A DNA stretch of 64,000 bases, from the NCBI GenBank assembly GCA_963743515.1, contig CAVUQN010000004.1:768569-832568 (forward strand). Direction: 5' to 3'. This DNA is from an uncultured Actinomycetota bacterium (lineage in GTDB: Bacteria > Actinomycetota > Actinomycetes > Streptomycetales > Streptomycetaceae). The notes beneath the pieces were generated by a model. The model made no database searches, had not been told where the DNA came from, and was given only the letters and a program-made list of their open reading frames with translations. The translations under genes were made by a program, and so were the position numbers. Below are positions 60,308 to 64,000 of this stretch, piece by piece. Within the stretch, counting starts at the first letter, position 1. Each line of letters begins with the position of its first letter.

Positions 60308-63166
60308 CTAGGAGCCGGCCGGGGCCAGCGTCAGCGTGTCCTTGGCCGTGGCCTGGACCGCCGACTTGCTGTAGGCCCAGGTCAGCAGCTTGCCCTCGGC
60401 CCAGAGCGCGGTCTGGTCGTTGTAGTTGGGGTCGTCGGCGTGGCCCGAGGCCCCGCCGATGGTGATCCAGCGGGAGGCGTCCAGGTTGCTCAGGTCGACG
60501 ACCATCCGCATCGACGGCGCCCAGTCGACCTGGTAGCCCGCCGCGGCGTTCCAACCGGTGGCGTCCACCGCCGACGAGCCGCCGTCGAGCTGGTAGGGAC
60601 CGCGGTCGAGCAGGGTGTGCTCCAGGCCGGAGAAGAACGAGGAGTCGTCCGTGCCGAGGCTCTGCTCGTCCAGGTTCATCGTGTGGATGCGGCCCCAGCT
60701 CCAGGTCGACATGTCCTTGCCCATCAGCGAGGTGAGCTGCTGCCGGGCGTCCTTCATGGCCTCGGCGAGGACGTTGTCCATCCCCTTCACCTGGACGCCG
60801 TTGTCGAAGGTGTAGCTCCACCAGGGGCTGTTCGGCTGGGTCAGCAGGTTCGCCACCACGGTCATCCACTGGTCGCCGCCGTCCGGCATCGCCTGGTCCG
60901 GCGTCCGGGTGCCGCAGACCCGCTGCATGTCGGGGGCGCCGTTGAGGCTGTCCGCAGGCAGGGTGCTGCTCTGGTTGACCATGATGCAGTCGGTGGTCGC
61001 CCGGACCGAGGCCGGGAACTGCTCGTCGAAGACCAGGTGCAGCAGGTTGCTCCAGACCGCGTTGTAGTACGCGGCGGCGGCGGAACCCGCGTCCTGGTCG
61101 TAGTTCCAGCCCTGGAGCAGCTGCTGGGCGTCGGTGTAGTACGAGCCGCCGCTCAGCTGCACCTTGAGCAGGTAGGGCACCAGGGTCTTCGCCATCACGC
61201 TGGTGTCGTCGGTCTGCATGGACTGCATGGAGTCCGGCGAGATCTTGCTGCCGGCCGCGAGCTGGCTCTTGATCAGGCTGGTGATCTGGGCGGAGCGGAT
61301 GCCGTAGTCCCAGTCCTGGGTGATCTCGTAGGGGTAGCTGTCGTTCACCACGGCCTGGTTGGCCGCGACGATGTAGCCCTCCTTGGGGTCCTCCTCCCAG
61401 GGCAGCGCGGCGTTCGGGATGTAGCCCTTCCACGCGTAGGAGGGGTCCCAGCCGGGCGAGGGGTAGGTGCCGTCGTCACCGGCCGCGCGGATCGGGATCC
61501 GGCCCGGTGCCTGGTAGCCGATGTTGCCGGAGGTGTCGGCGTAGATCATGTTCTGCGCCGGGACCTGGAAGTCCAGCGCGGCGTTCCGGAACTGGGCGAA
61601 GTCCGCGGCCTTGTCCAGCTCGAAGACCGCGTCCATGGTGGTGCCCGGCTCCAGCGCGGTCCACTTCAGGGCGATGGCGTAGCCGCTGCCGCGCGGCGGG
61701 GCGTTGCCCGCCACCGGGGCGCTCTGGCCCACCGCCTGCTCGGTGGTGTCGTGGTCGGAGATGATCGGCATCCCGTCCTGGGTGCTGCGGACCGTGATCG
61801 TCTGGCTCGGGCCGCCGGCGACCTTGATGGTCACCTGCCGGGTCGTGAAGTCGACGTTGCTGCCGTTGACGTTGTAGGTGTTCGGGCCGGTCACCTGCTC
61901 CAGGTAGAGGTCCTGGACGTCGGCCCCCATGTTGGTGAAGCCCCAGCTGATCGTCGCGTTGTGGCCGATGACCACGCCCGGCATCCCCGGGAAGGTGAAC
62001 CCGGTGACGTCGAAGGGGCAGGCCGGGCCGACGGTGTTGCAGTGCAGGCCCATCTGCTCCCAGGTCGACGGCACCCCCGGGCTGAGGTGCGGGTCGTCGG
62101 CCAGCAGCGGCAGGCCCGTGGTCGTGTACTTGCCGGAGACCACCCAGGAGTTGGAGCCGATGCCCTGCCCCGGCACGCCGAGCAGCGCCGGGACGCTGTC
62201 CACGTTCGCGGCGAGCTGGGTCGCCGCGCCGGTGAGGCCCTGGACGGCGGTGTCACCGCTGGCCACCGTGGTGGAGCCGCTCGTGTTCGACGTCTTCCCG
62301 GTCGTGCCCTTGCTCTTGGACGGGTTCGGGGTCGTCGCGTCGGAGGTCGTCGTCGCGGTGTTGGAGGTCGAGGCCGAGGAGCCGTCACCGCTGCCGGGGA
62401 CATAGGCCGCGTTCTTGGTCCCCGGGTCGGTGACCGTGCCGGTGTCCGCGATCGTCGCGCTGGTGCTGTACGGGTACTCCGGGTACAGCTGGGCGATCTG
62501 GGCGCTGCTCAGGTTCTGCGCCAGCAGCGAGCGGTCGATCTCCTGCTGCATGTTGCCGCTCAGGTCCCAGGCCATCGCCTTGAGCCAGGACAGCGAGTCG
62601 ACCGGGGTCCACGGCGCCGGCCGGTAGCCGCTGTGGGAGAGCCCCAGCATCGCGTACTCGACCGAGGCCCCGGCCCCGCCGGGGTGCTGCTTCAGCCAGG
62701 CGTTGACCCCGTCCGCGTACGCCTGGAGGTACTGCTTGGTGGCGGCGTCGATGGTGGTGTCGTACTCCTGCTGCGCCACCCCCTGCCAGTCCATGGTCTG
62801 GATGAAGGCGTCGGACTGGACGTTGGCGTTGTTCTTGCCCGCGCCGAACATCGACGCCAGCGTCCCCGAGGTGATGTGACGGTCGACGTCCATCTGCCAG
62901 AACCGGTCCTGGGCCTGGACGTAGCCCTGCGCCATGAAGAGGTCGGCCGAGGAGGCGGCGTAGATCTGCGGGATCCCGTTGGCGTCCCGGAGCACCGTCA
63001 CCGGGCCGGACAGGCCCTGGAGTTCGATCGTGCCGGTCGTCTGCGGGTAGGAGGCGCGGACCTCGCGCAGGCCGTACCAGCCTCCGCCTGCGGCTCCCGC
63101 CACCAGCAGTACCACCAGCAGGATCACCAGCAGCCGGAACCGGCGGAACTTCTTGGTGCGGGGCAT
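60308..63166 (-). CDS. Penicillin acylase family Ntn-hydrolase
   Basis: N-terminal anchor, RDANGIPQIYA, AQDRFWQMD, Ser/Thr spacer, GSNSW nucleophile, DPHL. Confidence 0.92.
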   Translation of the reverse strand: MPRTKKFRRFRLLVILLVVLLVAGAAGGGWYGLREVRASYPQTTGTIELQGLSGPVTVLRDANGIPQIYAASSADLFMAQGYVQAQDRFWQMDVDRHITSGTLASMFGAGKNNANVQSDAFIQTMDWQGVAQQEYDTTIDAATKQYLQAYADGVNAWLKQHPGGAGASVEYAMLGLSHSGYRPAPWTPVDSLSWLKAMAWDLSGNMQQEIDRSLLAQNLSSAQIAQLYPEYPYSTSATIADTGTVTDPGTKNAAYVPGSGDGSSASTSNTATTTSDATTPNPSKSKGTTGKTSNTSGSTTVASGDTAVQGLTGAATQLAANVDSVPALLGVPGQGIGSNSWVVSGKYTTTGLPLLADDPHLSPGVPSTWEQMGLHCNTVGPACPFDVTGFTFPGMPGVVIGHNATISWGFTNMGADVQDLYLEQVTGPNTYNVNGSNVDFTTRQVTIKVAGGPSQTITVRSTQDGMPIISDHDTTEQAVGQSAPVAGNAPPRGSGYAIALKWTALEPGTTMDAVFELDKAADFAQFRNAALDFQVPAQNMIYADTSGNIGYQAPGRIPIRAAGDDGTYPSPGWDPSYAWKGYIPNAALPWEEDPKEGYIVAANQAVVNDSYPYEITQDWDYGIRSAQITSLIKSQLAAGSKISPDSMQSMQTDDTSVMAKTLVPYLLKVQLSGGSYYTDAQQLLQGWNYDQDAGSAAAAYYNAVWSNLLHLVFDEQFPASVRATTDCIMVNQSSTLPADSLNGAPDMQRVCGTRTPDQAMPDGGDQWMTVVANLLTQPNSPWWSYTFDNGVQVKGMDNVLAEAMKDARQQLTSLMGKDMSTWSWGRIHTMNLDEQSLGTDDSSFFSGLEHTLLDRGPYQLDGGSSAVDATGWNAAAGYQVDWAPSMRMVVDLSNLDASRWITIGGASGHADDPNYNDQTALWAEGKLLTWAYSKSAVQATAKDTLTLAPAGS

Positions 63167-63212
63167 CAGGGTCCTTGTGAGGCAGGGGCTCGTCCGCCGC
63201 CCTGCAGTGCGA

Positions 63213-63248
63213 CGGGGCCGACGCTAACGCGGCGGGGCCGACGCTAAC
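63213..63248. repeat. 16-bp direct repeat CGGGGCCGACGCTAAC x2
   Basis: 63213-63228 and 63233-63248, upstream of the acylase start. Confidence 0.75.
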
Positions 63249-63435
63249 ACCTGAAGCGGAAGGGCTGCGGACTGGTACCCGGCTTCTGCCCCTACTCGGA
63301 GCCGTCTCCTACCTCGCCCGAGCTCTCCGCCCGGCCCCCCTGGCAGCTGCCGTCGACCGCCCGGAGTATACAGAGCCGCAGCTCACACTGGTCACAGTGG
63401 ACTATCTCCGGGGAATACCGCATCATTGACCGTCG

Positions 63436-63462
63436 TTAGCACTCATCAGGCGAGAGTGCCAG
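63436..63462 (+). promoter_or_regulatory. CIRCE element (HrcA operator)
   Basis: TTAGCACTC-N9-GAGTGCCAG against consensus TTAGCACTC-N9-GAGTGCTAA. Confidence 0.85.
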
Positions 63463-63473
63463 GAGGAATACAA

Positions 63474-63827
63474 GTGCCGACGTACCAGTACCAGTGCACC
63501 GAGTGCGGCAACGGTCTTGAGGCGGTCCAGAAGTTCACGGACGACGCCCTGACCGTCTGCCCGGACTGCAGCGGCCGGCTGCGGAAGATCTACTCCGCCG
63601 TGGGCGTGGTCTTCAAGGGCAGCGGCTTCTACCGCACCGACAGCCGCTCCTCGTCGAGCAGCACGGTGGGGGCGTCGAAGTCGACGTCGTCCTCCGGCGA
63701 CTCCTCGTCGTCCTCGTCCAGCACGCCCTCGACCACGTCGTCGAACTCCTCCTCGGCGCCGTCGTCCGCCTCGACGTCCTCGTCGGGCGGTTCGTCCTCG
63801 GGCGGCAGCTCCTCCCCGGCCGCCTGA
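63474..63827 (+). CDS. FmdB family zinc-ribbon protein
   Basis: PTYQYQCTECG...CPDCSG...FKGSGFYRTD, Ser-rich tail; AGGAGG RBS. Confidence 0.92.
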   Translation: MPTYQYQCTECGNGLEAVQKFTDDALTVCPDCSGRLRKIYSAVGVVFKGSGFYRTDSRSSSSSTVGASKSTSSSGDSSSSSSSTPSTTSSNSSSAPSSASTSSSGGSSSGGSSSPAA

Positions 63828-63921
63828 TCCGGAGCCTTTCGGCCGGGCCCTGCACCGTTCCTTTTCGGTAAGGAGCCGCGGGGCTTCGGCATGCCCGGAC
63901 GCTCCTCCTATGCTGCTGCGC

Positions 63922-64000
63922 ATGGCGAACCCGAGCAGCACCGCGAGCGCCGAGGTCGGCGTCATCGGCGGCACCGGACTGTATGCACTGGTCGACGACC
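63922..64000 (+). CDS. S-methyl-5'-thioadenosine phosphorylase, 5' end (truncated by window edge)
   Basis: MANPSSTASAEVGVIGGTGLY; usual position after fmdB. Confidence 0.7.
   Translation, partial: MANPSSTASAEVGVIGGTGLYALVDD

Overview
High-GC actinomycete chromosome segment with Streptomycetaceae-type gene order (tam/tamR, galTEK, ABC-F-ispE-rsmA-rpf-tatD-metG-rsmI-pmt, sepX-rimJ-mogA-moaC-moeA-galU, fmdB-MTAP), two tRNA genes (Thr-GGT, Ala-CGC) and two accessory blocks. The block at about 15.1-21.6 kb holds type VII secretion substrate-like genes (WXG/YxxxE proteins, a WXG-lipase, a mycosin) and an IS1380-like remnant. The most interesting block is 47.3-51.6 kb: a divergent XRE regulator with a tandem palindromic operator, two near-identical 71/72-aa peptides (acidic ELLPGREAL leader plus an Asn/Thr/Ser/Ala-rich beta-patterned core), a membrane M50 zinc protease with a PqqD/RRE-like N-terminus and a Pro/Ser/Thr tail, and a secreted protein whose Cys-paired repeats align with the peptide core. 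No RiPP tailoring enzyme or exporter is present, so I hypothesise a leader-processed, self-assembling beta-fibre (functional amyloid-like) system with a dedicated nucleator. metG is broken by many single-base indels, probably an assembly artefact. All calls come from reading motifs by eye; no database searches were run, and start codons are my best estimates.
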